Counted from the first letter of the stretch, positions 37,328 to 50,417 are shown. The stretch is 64,000 nt of DNA from Hyaloraphidium curvatum SAG 235-1 (GCA_025558095.1 JAIVFI010000037.1:62001-126000), one strand, 5' to 3'. Translations and numbers: made by a program. Notes: a model not told the origin generated them from the letters alone.

Positions 37328-37527
37328 AGAGGAGAACGGCGGATGCGGGGCCCTGGCCATTCGTAACCTCCATGAACCAAGACTGTTTCGAGCTTATCTG
37401 TCCCACCTTCGCACTCGGTGTTCGAGGTCGGACCCCGAAAAATTGCCGCCGGGGCCTCCGAGGATGCAGCGGTCCAGGCCACGATCGCGCAACACCCAAC
37501 AATCAGACCCTCCGTCGTCGCGCTCCG

Positions 37528-38713
37528 ATGCAGCATATTGACCGGAGATTGTGGGTCTCCGCGACCCTCCGCGCGCCGACCTGCGCCGTGTGGGGCCGCC
37601 GCCTCGCCGCGGCGGCCGCCCGCCGGCCGCCGGCACGCGGGGGGACCTCCGACGGCGCCCCGAGCTCACGGCCGACCGCCCGCTCAGGCTATACACGGAC
37701 CGCGCCTACCGTTTCAAATATGTGACGGACTTTATCGAGTTCGGCGAGAAGGACCTGGCCGCCATCCGGGCCATCAGGGAGCCGCTGCTGGACCTTGTCC
37801 CCGCCATTGTCGATGCCGTCTACGATAAGCTTTTCTCGTACGATATCACAAAGGTGGGCACTTCCATGGCCTTTGTGTCGGCGTGTGCCCGCGAGGCTGA
37901 CCCGCGGTGGGCCCCGGAAGGCCCTCTTCATGACCCCCCGCGTGACCGACTACGACGGCGACTACCCGGCCAACCTCGCCGACTTCGGGCTGGACCACCC
38001 ACTCATGAGCAAACGGAAGGACCACCTGGGCCGTTACCTGCGGATGGTCATCTCGGGGGAGCTCAACGAGGCGCTCCCTATGTACATGGAGCTCGTGGGC
38101 AAGGTCCACAATGGTTGGCAACGGGACGGCAACGTCAGGAAGGCCGGGAAGAAGGGAAGAGACAGGCTTCACATCGACTATGTTCATATAAACGGGTTAT
38201 TCGTTGGTTTTGCTTGGGGCATGGGTTGGAGAAGGATCCGCTGACATTGACCCGCCTCGACACCAGGGTTGGCTCAATTCCTTCGTCAGCTCCACGCTGA
38301 TAGACTCTGGGCTGCCCATACGCCAGGTGGAGGGGGCAGTGGCGGCGTTCACGCGGATATTCTGGCTCCAGAACGATTTCTTCGCGCGGCAGTGGGTACC
38401 GGGCGCCGAAGGCACACGCGGCCACATTATCTGACCTCGTCATCCCTTCCTCAGATACGTGACCATGGACTGGACCGAGAACGATGAGGCGGCCGCTGCG
38501 GGCGAAGAACCGGCGGCGCCCTCAAAAGCCTCGTCTCCCCCGGCGCCTGGGCTCTCCGAGGAGGCGGCTTCTTCGGAGCTTCGACCAACTACGAACTCTG
38601 TGGTTGTCGCGCCGAGTCCGGGAGGGCTGCGGACCGACGTCGCCACTCTGGCTGCCGTGGGTATCGGGAGCCTGCTGGTCGGGATCCTGGTGGCGCGCCT
38701 GATAGACCGATGA
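37528..38713 (+). CDS. Protoglobin/globin-sensor domain protein with a C-terminal TM
   Basis: LYTD..YRFKYVTDFIEF...D...VPAIVDAVYDKLFSYDIT, VGKVH and WLQNDFF. Hydrophobic tail LAAVGIGSLLVGILVARL. Confidence 0.85.
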
Positions 38714-39015
38714 CGCGTAGACCGTGTGTATTTCGCCGATTTGTCTCCTGCTAATGATGATGTGTTCTCGATGTTGCTCGCTACAACACTTCGTAGGCGC
38801 GGAAGCGGAGCTAGCGTCCGTGATATCTGCGATGGGGTGGGCTGTTTCAGCTCACGCAGACGTGACGGCGCTTTCCACGATATCTCAGGCCGCCATCAAC
38901 ACTTCCCCTGCGCACAATTCTGGGCTCCGGTGCGGCGCTATAGGCATTGTGCCACCCGCAACACAGTCTTTGCGTCCGACTCGGAGTTTCCGGAGGGCCG
39001 TGGGCCGCGCCTTCC

Positions 39016-40158
39016 ATGTCGTCCGGCGTGGGCGCTTCCAAGCCCGCTGGGATGGCGACCGCACCCGCCGCCCGCATCCAGCTCTACGAGGTGCTCAACG
39101 GCGAGACCGACCCTCCATTCACATTCCCTGCCTTTGTGTCCTACTTGACGAAGCAGCATGCCGAAGGTGGGTGCCGTCGCGAGGCGATGTCGGGCAGGAA
39201 GTGACGCGACGGGCGTTGAAGAGAACATCGAGTTCTACGACGCCGTCGTGCAGTACAGGCAGGTGCCCTTCTCGGCATCGCAATGCATTTTGTGCTGACC
39301 GGTTGAGTAGGAAGGCGGCACGGCAGCTCTCGAACCGCATTGCCCAGCAGATGCAGTCCAAAGAGGGCTCAAAGTCCGCCTCCCCCAATCCCGACGCACC
39401 CGGCGCCCAGCCCTCAGCCCTCCCCTCCGCGATACCTGCCGACTCGGGACGGAACAGCCGGCGTCGTAGATCCTCCGTGTTCATCTCGCTCGCCGAAATG
39501 GAGTCGGCACCGCATCTGCATGCGGCCGGGAGGCGGGGCTCGATCGGGGCCAACACCGCGTTCCCCGTCGACGCATCTACCGCGGCTCTTCCTAACGGAT
39601 CCGAGCTGAAGAACTTGCTTGAGATGCAGGAGGGCGGTGCGGAGGGAGAAGAGGCGAGGATACTGACGGAGCGGCTCGCCAAGCTCCGCGAGAAGCTGGA
39701 CAGGATCGTCGAGATCTTCCTCACCGAGGTGGCGCCTTTGAATGCTCTGCAATCCAGCTTTGATGACCGTTCCGTTCCAGGGGGCCCCGAAAGAGATCAA
39801 CATCCCGGGCAACTTCCGGTCCCAGATCCTGCACGAGATCCGGGTCAACAGGAACTACGACCCCCGTATCTTCAAGGCCGCCATGGAGAACCTGTACAAC
39901 AGCATGAAGGGGAACTTGATGGGCTTCCGGAACGAGGGCGAGAAGCTGCTTAAGGCGGCGAGAAGCAACACGATCGCGCTGGCGGAATCGGAGACGATCG
40001 AGGAGGAGAACGAGGCTATTCCCAGCTTCCTCGCGGGCCCGGACGTGGCCAAAGCGATCGAAGTGAAGCGTGACCAGAAGCGGCGGATGAGCACCGTCCC
40101 GGGCTTTGTGCGGAACGGCCCGACGACTGGTGAAAAGGCAAATCCCCGAGCACAGTAG
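39016..40158 (+). CDS. RGS-domain protein
   Basis: LYEVL...FVSYLTKQHAEENIEFY; IVEIFLTEGAPKEINIP; IFKAA...LYNSM. Confidence 0.85.
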
Positions 40159-40252
40159 ATTGGCACTTTTCCTCTTTCTTGTTTCCTGTGTACACGGTAA
40201 CCTACATGACAAAGTAGGACTACATGTCCCTTCTTCCGGGTATCACCCTTCT

Positions 40253-43200
40253 CTATGTTCGCTCGAGCGTTCTCGCAGCCTTCGGAGCATGCGCCAGCTT
40301 GATGAGCACGTCCGCGCTCTCACCCGTCTCATCCACGAGCCTGCGGAAGAGCCCGTCCTTCTTGTCCACCAGTTCCGCGGGCGTGCCAATCTCGGCTATC
40401 TCTCCCTGCTCAAGCACGCAGATCCGATCGTAGTCGATGATCGTCTGAAGGCGGTGCTGGAGCCAAACGAGGGCATCAGCCGTAAAGTGATTTGAGCATG
40501 GAGGCAGCTTACAGCGATGGTGATGATGGTTTTGTCCCTGAAAGAGGGATGCTCGCGAAGAACGCTCTGCATCAGGGCGTCAGAGTCGTAGTCGAGGCTT
40601 GCAGATGCCTAGTGCCGACAGCCAATCAGGAAAGACGATAGCAGCAGACCGCAGAAAGCGCACCTCGTCCAGGCAGACGATCCGCGAATTGCGGATGATT
40701 GCGCGCGAGAGACACAGGAGCTGCCGTTGGCCCTTCCTTACGCGTTAGCACGACTTCCATGTCGCACACGCCCATCCCCACCTGCGACAAGTTCTCCCCG
40801 CCTTCCGCGATGGGCATGTTTAGGCCCAGCGGGTTGGCCTGGACGACTGTCTTTAAGTCGCCGCACGTCTCCAGCACGGAAAGGATCTCCGCGTCCGAAT
40901 GCTCGCCGAACGGGTCCACATTGTATTGGAGCGTGCCCGAGAAAACCTGTGACAATGCCAGTTAGGGATCTCGCCCGCAGAGACCATGCTGGAACTCCAC
41001 GAACCACCGGGTCTTGCGGAATGACCGAGAGAGCGCGGCGGAGGTGCGCGAGGCCGAGCTTCGAGATGTCGATGCCGTCGATGAGGATCTGTCCGCCGCA
41101 CGGCTCCACCAGGCGGAAGAGGGCCAACGTGATAGACGATTTCCCGGCTCCGGTGCGCCCGACGATGCCGATCCGCTCTCCAGCAGCAATCGTGAGGTTG
41201 ATCCCCTTGATGACAAGCGGCAAGTCCGGCGCGTATCTCATCTCCAGGTTCTTCAGCTCAATCTGCCCTTTGGAAGGCCAGCTGGGTGGCGGCTTCAGCT
41301 CGGTCACTTCGGCGGCTTCCGACGGCAGGTGGTCGATGTAGTACTGAAGGCGTTCGACGCCGTTCAGCTGCAGCTCCATTTCCGTCAGATTGCGCATGAG
41401 CCCGTTTAACGTCCCCGTGATCCCCAGCGCGTACGTGACGGCGAGGCCCAGGACCGCAGGCGAACCCCCGCCCGCGACCGCGCCGACCGCGAACATCGAA
41501 GAAGAGAATACAAGGAGCGCCGACATGACCTCGATCCGCAGTCCGAGCCAACGTCCAACCTGGATGGTAAGCCAGTTGAAACGGTTGTTAAAATCGAGGC
41601 GGTTCTGATTCTGCTTGATGAAGCTGAGCTGCAAGTGATACGACCGCACCGTCGAGAGCCCGGAAAGCGTCTCCGAAAAGTTTGCGTACAAAGGGCTACG
41701 CGAGTTGGAGTCCAGTCTCTTGAGCTCTCGAGCCGTGTTGCGAGCGACGCGCGAAACGAAGTAGTAGACCACCAGCAAGGGAAGGCAGACGGCAAGGAAG
41801 ACCGGCAAGAGTGTGGCAATAAGAACGATGGTGGTGAGGACGATGCTGAACATGAGGAGGAACAGCCTGCAAAGAGCGTGTCAGACGGTCCGCAATGCAA
41901 AAATAGAGGCCCAAACCTGAAGAATTCGACGAGCTGAGTGTCCACGGCATCAACCTGCAAGCCGGCTGTGGTCAAAAGGACAGATGAGGGAGATTACGGG
42001 CGCTCTCACGTCGCGGCTGAACCGGTTTAGAATCCTGCCCGCTGGCGTCCGGTCGAAAAAGGAGACAGGTGCTCGGACGAGCCTGAGCGCAGGTCAGCTC
42101 CCGAAACTCCCTTCTCGAACAGCAACTCACTTTGCGATGGCTTTCTCGTGGATCCCCCGCGAAGCGAGCATGCCCGCAAATGCAAACATCAGGCCGCTGA
42201 TGAGGAGCAGCGCTGCCATGCACGCGCCGAGCGCAAAGTACACCCCCAGGTACTGCGACAACGAGTAGGTCGGGAACCGGTTCTGGGTCCATGCCGTGAG
42301 CCAGAGGTTGATTCCGATCCCGGCCACCTGGCTCAGGACCATGGTCGAGACAATGGCGATCCAGAGGAACCAGCCACCGCCGTTGGAAACGTAAGCGGCA
42401 TAGACACTGAAAGGAATCCGACCCGTGTTGCGCTCCTCCTCCAAGTTGTGCTTCCGGCCAGCAGTTCCGGCGCGGGCAAACGTATCGGCTGCCGGAGCTC
42501 CATCTGCAAGTCCCCGCTGCGGAGCCGAGCTGCGGCGACGTGCTTTGCCCTGATCTGTGGACATCTTGACCACTTCCGTAGCGTCGGAGCCGTCGCCCCC
42601 CGCAGTGCTCGTCCCGTCATCGCCGCCCACGATACCGAGGGTGTGCGTCGCGGGTACAATGCCCTCTTCGACATCTTCAGCGTCCTCGACTTCGCCGAAC
42701 ATGTCCATGTCGTCGCCCGGATCGGTCCTCGCAGTACTCTGCCGGCGTTGGAGTGGAACGCCATCCGCTTCGCGCAGCTTCAAGACCTCGTCAACCGAGC
42801 TCACGTCCGATTCGTCCTCGTCCAGCAGATCGTCCTCATGAGAGGTCGTCGAGTAATCCGCGACGAGCTTCGACAGATAACCGTTCCGCGCCAAGAGCTC
42901 CTCGTAGGTTCCCTGCTCAACGATCTCGCCCCTGTCCAAGCAAACAACGAAATCGGCATGCGGGAGGACGTGGAGTTGATGCTGGTAGAGGCTTCAGCTC
43001 ACGGTTCTTGTGCACCGAAAGAGAAAGACCTACCGTCGCCATCAGGATGGTTTTCCCCTTGAGAACTCCCAAGACGGCCTCGTGAAGGATGTGCTTCCCA
43101 ACGTGCGCGTCCACAGCGGAGAGAGGATCGTCCAGGAAAACGACGTCGTGCTGCGAATAGACAGCCCGGGCCAGAGAGATGCGCTGAACCTGTCCACCGC

Positions 43201-45363
43201 TGCAGTTTATGCCGCGTTCGCCGATCTCGGTCAGGTCACCGTTGGCGAAAATCTCGAGGTCCCTCTGCAAAGCACACGCCCGCACGGTTTCCCAGTAGCG
43301 CTTCTCGTCGTACGCCTGCCGCGTCCCGAGGGTAATGTTCTCCCGAACCGTGGCGTTCATCACGAAAGCACGTTGGGCGCAGTAGGCAATGGTAGGCCGC
43401 GACGACGATCCGGCATAGACGACACTGCCGTCCACTAGCTTCATCTCGCCCGCCAACGCCATGAGGAGGCTCGACTTGCCGCTTCCGACCGGGCCAACAA
43501 TGCACACAAGAGACCCCTTGGGCACGGACAGGTTGATCGAGCGGAGAGACGAAAACTTGTCCTCTTTGGCCTTCTCCAGCTCGGTCTTCGTTGCGGTCGC
43601 CTTGGTGGATTCCAGCGGGACGACGGATGTTCCGGCCTCCAACTGCGCCAACGAGTCTGTCGGGTTCGCCGTGAGCCCTCGGTTGCCGAAAAAGCGCCTT
43701 CGCGGTCCGTTCGAGGCGGTCAGAGTGGCATTGGGCGACGCTCGTGCCGAGAACGTGAGGTCGTTCGGGTCCAGCTTTCCCTTCTTCACGGCCTTCAAAT
43801 CGGGAACGGCCTCCTCCGGAGACTCCCACTTGAATGTGGCATCCGAGACAACGATGGCGACGGGAGAGGAGGCACTCGCGACCGAATCGGTCGTTCCGGT
43901 CGTACCGAGACCCGGGTGCCCGATGGCCTTCTCATCCAGCTCATCGGCCATGAGAAGAGCCTGCAGCCGCTTCAAGGAGACCAGCGCGTCTCCCACGGTC
44001 GAAATCGAGGTAGGCTGATGAGGTGTCAGTCCTCTTCAGGGAACGGCACGCGGACTGCAGCTTACAAGAGACATCAGGGGAAAGCGAAGGACGTTCATAT
44101 ACGCCAGCGAACCCAGGATGGTAGCAGCGTTCATGCTGCCGCCGAGAGCAGCATCTGCGTGGGACAGGGGCTCAGCAAAGCATAATCCGATAGCGCGAAA
44201 ACACCAACACGTGGCAAACATGCCCATGGAAGCGAGAACCGGTTGCAGCACGTAGATGCTCATGACAAAGGCGCGCAGTAGCGAAGCTTTCCTGATGATG
44301 CGCAGCTCCTCCTCGCGGAGTTCCGACAGGTGCTTGAGCATAGCGTCGCCCCAACCGTACAGCTTTATGACCCGAATGCCGCTAACGAGCTCGCCGGTGA
44401 CTTTGACGCGTTGGTCGGTAAGCTTGTTTGCCGCCTTCCTGTACGCCATGGTGAACTTCATCAGGCTCCCACTCAGGGGGATCATCACGACCAGAATCGT
44501 CAAGCCGACGAGCGCAGCAGGGGCGCCGAGGTTGATGATGAGGACGATTGTAATCTCGAGAACCAAGAGTGGAGAAGCCCACAAGGACTGCGCTTCTGCG
44601 AGGGTCCGTTCCATCCGCGAAGTGTCGGTGGAGAGCACGTTGATGGCCCTGCCCGCCGAAAACTGCGTCCGGGCAGCCTGAGAGAGGCGCAAGCACTTCT
44701 GGAACACCGCAGCAATCAGCGACGTCCGAACTTCGAGGCCTGAACGCTGGGAGAACGTCCAGAACTGGTTGGCCGAGAAACTGTTCAGCAGCTGGAGCAA
44801 CAGAATGCCCGTCGCGTAGCCGAATCCCACGGCGGTGGAAGGCGCAGGGGCTCCGGGGGTCGGGGGCCCAATGAACCAGAAGGTCCAGTACGCCGTCAGG
44901 AAGGCAATGAGCCTCTGCAGGAGGATCGGGCTGATCACCTGGTAGACCGGGGTCAGGAAGGCAATGAGGCGCTGCAAGAAGAGCGAGTCACCTGTGAGAA
45001 ATCACCCATGAACCGGAACACCGAGCCGGTCAGCCAAGTCCGGCGGAATGACCTCCAGAGCGCTATGGCGAGCGAAGGCTTCGGGCGACCGAGCTCGGCT
45101 TCCCACTCCCGCAGAAAAGTCTGCTCGCACAGCAGGTTCGACCGCAGCCACCTCGACAACGGAGGCGCATCTTTGGCCTCCACCGTGTTGCGGTAGCCGA
45201 ACCATATCAGGGGATCGAGCCAGGTGTAGGTCAGCAGCTGGAAGATGTTGGCTCCGTCCTCGGGCGATTCCGCGTGCCGGGAGTAGAACGGCGAGAACGG
45301 GTCCGCTTCCGGATTGTCCGAAGCCAATTCGTCGTCGCGATCGAGGCCCGTCCTGGCCGCCAT
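40253..45363 (-). CDS. ABC transporter, ABCC/MRP (YOR1/YCF1-like), multi-exon
   Basis: Two TMD-NBD halves: GPVGSGKSS, CSGGQVQRISLAR, LDDPLSAVD, FFDRTPAGRILNRF, GRTGAGKSS and ENLSQGQRQL. Confidence 0.97.
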
Positions 45364-45750
45364 CGCGATTCGCCGTGGGGGGAGACGAGGTGCGGCAGAA
45401 CTCTTCGCCGTGCTCCCTCGGTTGTTTCTGATCGGTCGGAAACCGAAAGGCAACGCGGCCATACCGCTTTTTAGGGAGAAAGGATACAAATTTCCGACGG
45501 CCGCAGATGCGGCCTAATGTATTGTAGACGTTCACCCGCATTAGATCCGTCAGACATTGAAACCGCTGGCCCTCCGCGCGCCACATGTCTCCGCTCCTGC
45601 TGCAGACCGTCGAGATCGTGCCCGCTCTCGTGCAGCACGCGACTGCACAACCTAGTGGTCCAGATTCCTGCCACTCTCCTGCGAAGGCGTCGCGCGGGCC
45701 TGGAGACTGCGGGCTCGGGGCAGCATGCGGGAGCGCGGCACGGTCGATCT

Positions 45751-47913
45751 CTATTGCTTCCCGGGCACGGCCGCGGCGAGGCTCGCGATCCGCCGCCGGA
45801 GCTTGAGCTCCAGCAGCCTCTCGTACTTGAGCTTCATCAGCTGCTCGGCCTTCCTCAGGAGCAGCTCCTCCAGCTGCAGCATCCGGAGCTCCTCCTGCTC
45901 CAGCGCCAGCAGCTCGTCGAACTCGGCGATCAGCAGCTCCTCGCGCACCTTCCGGAGCGACCGGTGCGCGGAAGCGATGCGCTCGCAGTCCTTTCTCGAG
46001 AGCTCGTGCAGGCAGCCCGCCGGAAGGGGATCGACGTCGTGCAGCCCAGTCTCGCTCTCCAGGCGACGCTTGGGGATGTTAGCCTCCCGATTCGCGCGCG
46101 CGTCCGCACGAATCGTCCTCGGGCTCCGGGGGTCGTTCTCCTGCAGGCCAGCGGCCCAGGCGTCGGCGCCCGAGACGCCTTTGGCGGCACCGCGGGCTTC
46201 GAACGTTTCGAAGACGCGGGGGCCGCCGACTTCACCCCCCCTCGTCCGGTTAGACTGCGCGTCCGCACGAATCGTCCTCGGGCTCCGGGGGTCGCTCTCC
46301 TGCAGGCCAGCGGCCCAGGCGTCGGCGCCCGAGACGCCTTTGGCGGCACCGCGGGCTTCGAACGCTTCGAAGACGCGGGGGCCGCCGACTTCACCCCCCC
46401 TCGTCCGGTTAGACTGCGCGTCCGCACGAATCGTCCTCGGGCTCCGGGGGTCGTTCTCCTGCAGGCCAGCGGCCCAGGCGTCGGCGCCCGAGACGCCTTT
46501 GGCGGCACCGCGGGCCTCGAACGTTTCGAAGGCGCGGGGGCCGCCGATGGGGCCGCCGATCCGGCCCACGAAGGAATGCTCGAGGTAGTTGCACACGGAG
46601 CTGTTCAGGGTCGGCATCTCGGCGGCGGTCGGCTCGCGCTGCTGCTCAAGGCAGCTATCCAGAATGCGCTTCGCCGCGGTGTCCTCCTTGTGACGGAGGC
46701 ACTCCAGCACGTGCCACAGAGGCCGGCCCTCGGCCTCATCGTCTTCCCGAGCGTCCCACAACTCGACTGCCGCGCCATCCCCGCGGCGCAGTAGCGCCTC
46801 CAGAACTGTCCGAGCCGTAAGATCTCGTTCCGCGATGGCGGCGAGGTTCCTCGTGCGGGTGTACGACTCGACGACGGTGCGGAGCTCGCGTCGCGCGTCG
46901 GCATCGTCGCGGAGAAGGCGCGCCACGGGCAAGTCCACACGGGCAATGTAGGCGAAGGTGACGAGAATGGCCGCGGCTTGCAGCGTCGCAGGAGGTCTGG
47001 AGGGGTGGGTGAGTACGTAGAGGAGGCGACCGTGGCGCAGCCGGCGGAGGTGCAGGTCAGCGCCGCCGAAAAAGTCGTCATGGATGCCCAGCGCGTCGGA
47101 TCCGATCCACTCCGCCCCCGCAAGCCAATCCACTGCGAATCGTTCGAAACGATGGCCGATGTGGCGCGAGGCGATGGCAAGATCGCAGTGTTCGCCAACG
47201 GGTCCTTCGACGAGGCATCGAAAGGTGCGCGAGATGAACGGTTCCCAAACCTCGCGGAGGCTCGCCTTGTTCTCCGACCACGCAGACGGCTCGGCAACAA
47301 AAGGAACGGCGTCCACAATGGCCATGCAGACCCGGTGGCCACACGCGTCCGCGATGACGGTCATGATCGGCACCCAGAAAGCCCGTATCCAGAACATGGT
47401 GATGCAGAGCTTCCCGTCAGCGACGGCACTGCCGTGCATAAGCCACGAGATTCGGTGGATAGCGAAGTGCAGAAGCATGACGAAGCGGAGGACGAATGCG
47501 GCATCCTCGGCGGTGATCTTGCCGAACCCGGACCGTCCGCCCGGCTCCACCCAAAGCCCGAAAAGCACTGAGTCAACAACTTCGCCGGCGCCGTTCGACA
47601 GGGCTTCCTCACGAATCTCTGTGCTGTGTGCCGCGAGATCCGCGATCACCTCGGCGCCGAGCGCGGCGCCGAGCAGGGCCGGGTGCATGCCGGGCGCGGA
47701 AGCGTCGGAAGGCGTCGCCGTTCCATCGCTGGCGGGGCGAGCGTCCTCCACGAGACGTAAGGCGCGCCTGATGCTGCGCAAAAGCTTCTGAGACGGTTCG
47801 TCTTTCGAAGGTTCAGGCTCTGCGCCCGGTGCGGTCAGAGGCACGGGAGCGCCCGGCGACGCAGATCCCGAAGAGTGAGGGAGCGAACCCGCGGCAGAGG
47901 TCATGGCTTGCAT
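45751..47913 (-). CDS. Uncharacterised protein with an internal 53-aa tandem repeat and C-terminal coiled coil
   Basis: Uninterrupted ORF of more than 700 aa. Start uncertain. Confidence 0.55.
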   Translation of the reverse strand: MQAMTSAAGSLPHSSGSASPGAPVPLTAPGAEPEPSKDEPSQKLLRSIRRALRLVEDARPASDGTATPSDASAPGMHPALLGAALGAEVIADLAAHSTEIREEALSNGAGEVVDSVLFGLWVEPGGRSGFGKITAEDAAFVLRFVMLLHFAIHRISWLMHGSAVADGKLCITMFWIRAFWVPIMTVIADACGHRVCMAIVDAVPFVAEPSAWSENKASLREVWEPFISRTFRCLVEGPVGEHCDLAIASRHIGHRFERFAVDWLAGAEWIGSDALGIHDDFFGGADLHLRRLRHGRLLYVLTHPSRPPATLQAAAILVTFAYIARVDLPVARLLRDDADARRELRTVVESYTRTRNLAAIAERDLTARTVLEALLRRGDGAAVELWDAREDDEAEGRPLWHVLECLRHKEDTAAKRILDSCLEQQREPTAAEMPTLNSSVCNYLEHSFVGRIGGPIGGPRAFETFEARGAAKGVSGADAWAAGLQENDPRSPRTIRADAQSNRTRGGEVGGPRVFEAFEARGAAKGVSGADAWAAGLQESDPRSPRTIRADAQSNRTRGGEVGGPRVFETFEARGAAKGVSGADAWAAGLQENDPRSPRTIRADARANREANIPKRRLESETGLHDVDPLPAGCLHELSRKDCERIASAHRSLRKVREELLIAEFDELLALEQEELRMLQLEELLLRKAEQLMKLKYERLLELKLRRRIASLAAAVPGKQ
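46097..46547. repeat. 159-bp tandem repeat, about 2.8 near-identical copies
   Basis: gtccgcacgaatcgtcctc recurs at 46102, 46261 and 46420. Confidence 0.95.
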
Positions 47914-48215
47914 TGTACGGGTCAATAATGTGCGGCAGAAGTGCTGGCACGTTCCAAAGTGCCGATCTCGAGGGGGCGCGGAGGGCGACGGTCGGAAACG
48001 CGGGGGGGAAGTGCGAGGCGTAGGAAGGCGAATACACCTTAGGGCCGCCGCAGCACGACAAGCGCGGCGAGTGCTGTCGATTCCAACTACGCGCTCAGGA
48101 CGTCCGATCGGCAGCACGGGGTCCGGATTCGGCGGCGTTTGGGACGCGGGGACCACCACAGGTGAACGAGATGACGTTGATCGATCACGTCGATTCGGAA
48201 TCACGAGGTACATGT

Positions 48216-49960
48216 CTACATCAAATCCACCGCATTTTGCAACTCATTGATCATCTTCTCCAATTTCTGCACCCTCCCCTGGGTGTCGACGATCCTCTGT
48301 CGGATGCCCGCTTTTGCATTACGCGCAGAACGGACCTCCTGGAAAGTCTCCGCGACGTGCCGCCGCGTGACTTCCGATATTTCTCGGGTGGAATGCACCG
48401 GATCCGACTTCTCGGCCTGATGCAACAAAAGATCAGGAGCAGTCCGGGACCCAGATGCCGCAAACCAACCGGGTCTTCCGCACGAGGTCTCTTCGCCTTC
48501 GTCGCCTGCGCCGGTCCCTGATGCAAGCCACCACTCCGTTCCTGTGACGCAGTAGGCTCTCCCAGGGTCCGATCTGTCGCGGATCGATCGTCAGCAAGCT
48601 CCTCATCAGCCCCAGAGCACACGCACCGTTGTTTGAGGGCGCGTTTGGCATGGTGGGGAAGCCGTGAGTCATCAACGAGTCAGGCCAGTTGGCTGGGCAC
48701 AGAGGCGATCAGATCCCTTCAATGCCGGACGATCGGCACTCAACTCACCGGGTGGAGGCAGGCCTTGCGTCGTGGTCGACTTGATGCGTGGTTCCCGGAG
48801 TACTGAGCCGAGGAGATTTATCGCGCCAGAGAGGGGACCTGCCATCATAACGCAATGATCAGACGGGAGCTCGCCAGCAGCGAGCGCCGACGTACTCTCG
48901 GAACGAGAGGCCGCCTGACCAGACGGAGGAGCTTGATTCGGGTTCTCTTGAGGACGACCTACACCGGAATAGGAGTGATCGGGCTTCAGTGGGCGGGTTC
49001 TCGCCGGTTTGCGCGACGGCACGTACCCGCGGGGTAGACTCGTACCGCGGGAGCTCGTTGTACAGCAGTAGGATCCTCCATGAGCGACTTGAGCGTGCAC
49101 AACATCTTCTGCAGCGAGGCGTCGACGTCTGGTTCCCGCGTTAGCGCCGCACGGAGAAAGACGAGCGGCCGCCAGCACCCACGCGGCGCCGGCGACTTGT
49201 CGGTATACACGGATCTAGAGACGATTGACACAAAGCTTCTGCAATGGGAATCGTGAGCTCCAATCGCCAATTTAAGCTCGGTGAGTCCCACGAGCGCCGA
49301 GGGCCGGGTTTGGCGACAGAGCCGCAGCATGATCGAGATCCATAGCGACGGCTGTCCAAGGGCACCAGCATGGGCAGCATGGTGTAGAAATGATGATCGG
49401 GGGGAAGAGCAGCGGCGCGAAGGGTCGTCAGAAACGAGGAGGGCGCGACGGGCCGGGTAGCCGTGCGCGTCGCCTGGGTTCGGCGGCAGTCGGTCCCGCC
49501 CGAGGTGACACCAACCCCGCGTGGTCGCGTATGTGAACTTCATTTTGGTGAGGGGGGCTTGAGAGGCAGTTTCGGCCGGTTTCGGGGCGGGCGAGCGAAA
49601 GGAGGGGAGAGGTGCCTTCGACGCGCCATGCGCGTCGGTCGGCACCGAGAACGCAGTACCGGTCAGAGGCTTTGTCTTCAAGTCCATTCGGAGCGAAGGC
49701 AGCGCCCGGAAAAGGTGCGGAAGGGGCGGCGAGCCCGCAGAAGGAAAGCGCCTCCTTGGCGGTGAAGTCAGAATTCAAAAGCGCTTCGGCGTGCACATCA
49801 CCGAGCGGATCTAGCGTTGAATTCTGCCTCGTGCAAGCACCAACGACTTCATCATGAAATTCTTGTATGCACTCCAAGACCCAAGTCTCGAAACTCGCCA
49901 CGTCATCGACACTTGTGCTGTCAGTCTGTCCCCTCCTGCGCATCCCTCCACTGGAAGCCC
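48216..49960 (-). CDS. Possible multi-exon uncharacterised gene (coiled-coil C-terminus)
   Basis: Coding-like segments (DDVASFETWVLECIQEF...EALLNSDFTAKEAL; IRQRIVDTQGRVQKLEKMINELQ). Exon structure unresolved. Confidence 0.3.
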
Positions 49961-50417
49961 CAGGCGAACGTCATCCGCCACCGGCAAGCGCAATGCGACT
50001 GGTGCGTCCGCAAGAGCCGCTCAACCCCCCCGACCTCCCGATACCCCGCCCTCTCACGCCTAGCGGCCACCGATCTGACTGCAGAACGGCATGCAGATCT
50101 TCCGCCGGGCCCAACTGCGCCCCTGTTCCACCGCTACGGGCGCCCGATGCCGGTTGCGGGTTGGATGGATGCCGGGGAGCTGTCCGGTGGCACGGCAGCC
50201 TTCGAGGAGGGCGCCGGGTTCTCGGGGGCACCCGCCAACAAACCCATCCCTCCGCCGTGCTCTCCAAAACTCCACAGGCTTTCACGCGGAGAGGAGATCA
50301 TCCGCACAGATAATCGCAAAAGACTACAGTTTCTAGGGGGGTTTGGCAATCGCCCCACGGGCCGTCCGAGCCGGACTTGATGCGGCCTCAATTGCTACCT
50401 GCATCGTGCCGCCGGAT

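Noticed and set aside
1943-45363. Secondary-metabolite cluster (BVMO, amidohydrolase, ABC transporter)
   Set aside because: Genes are far apart and interspersed with housekeeping genes; no PKS, NRPS or terpene synthase is present.
46097-46547. Possible CRISPR-like array
   Set aside because: Contiguous tandem units without unique spacers, inside a eukaryotic ORF.
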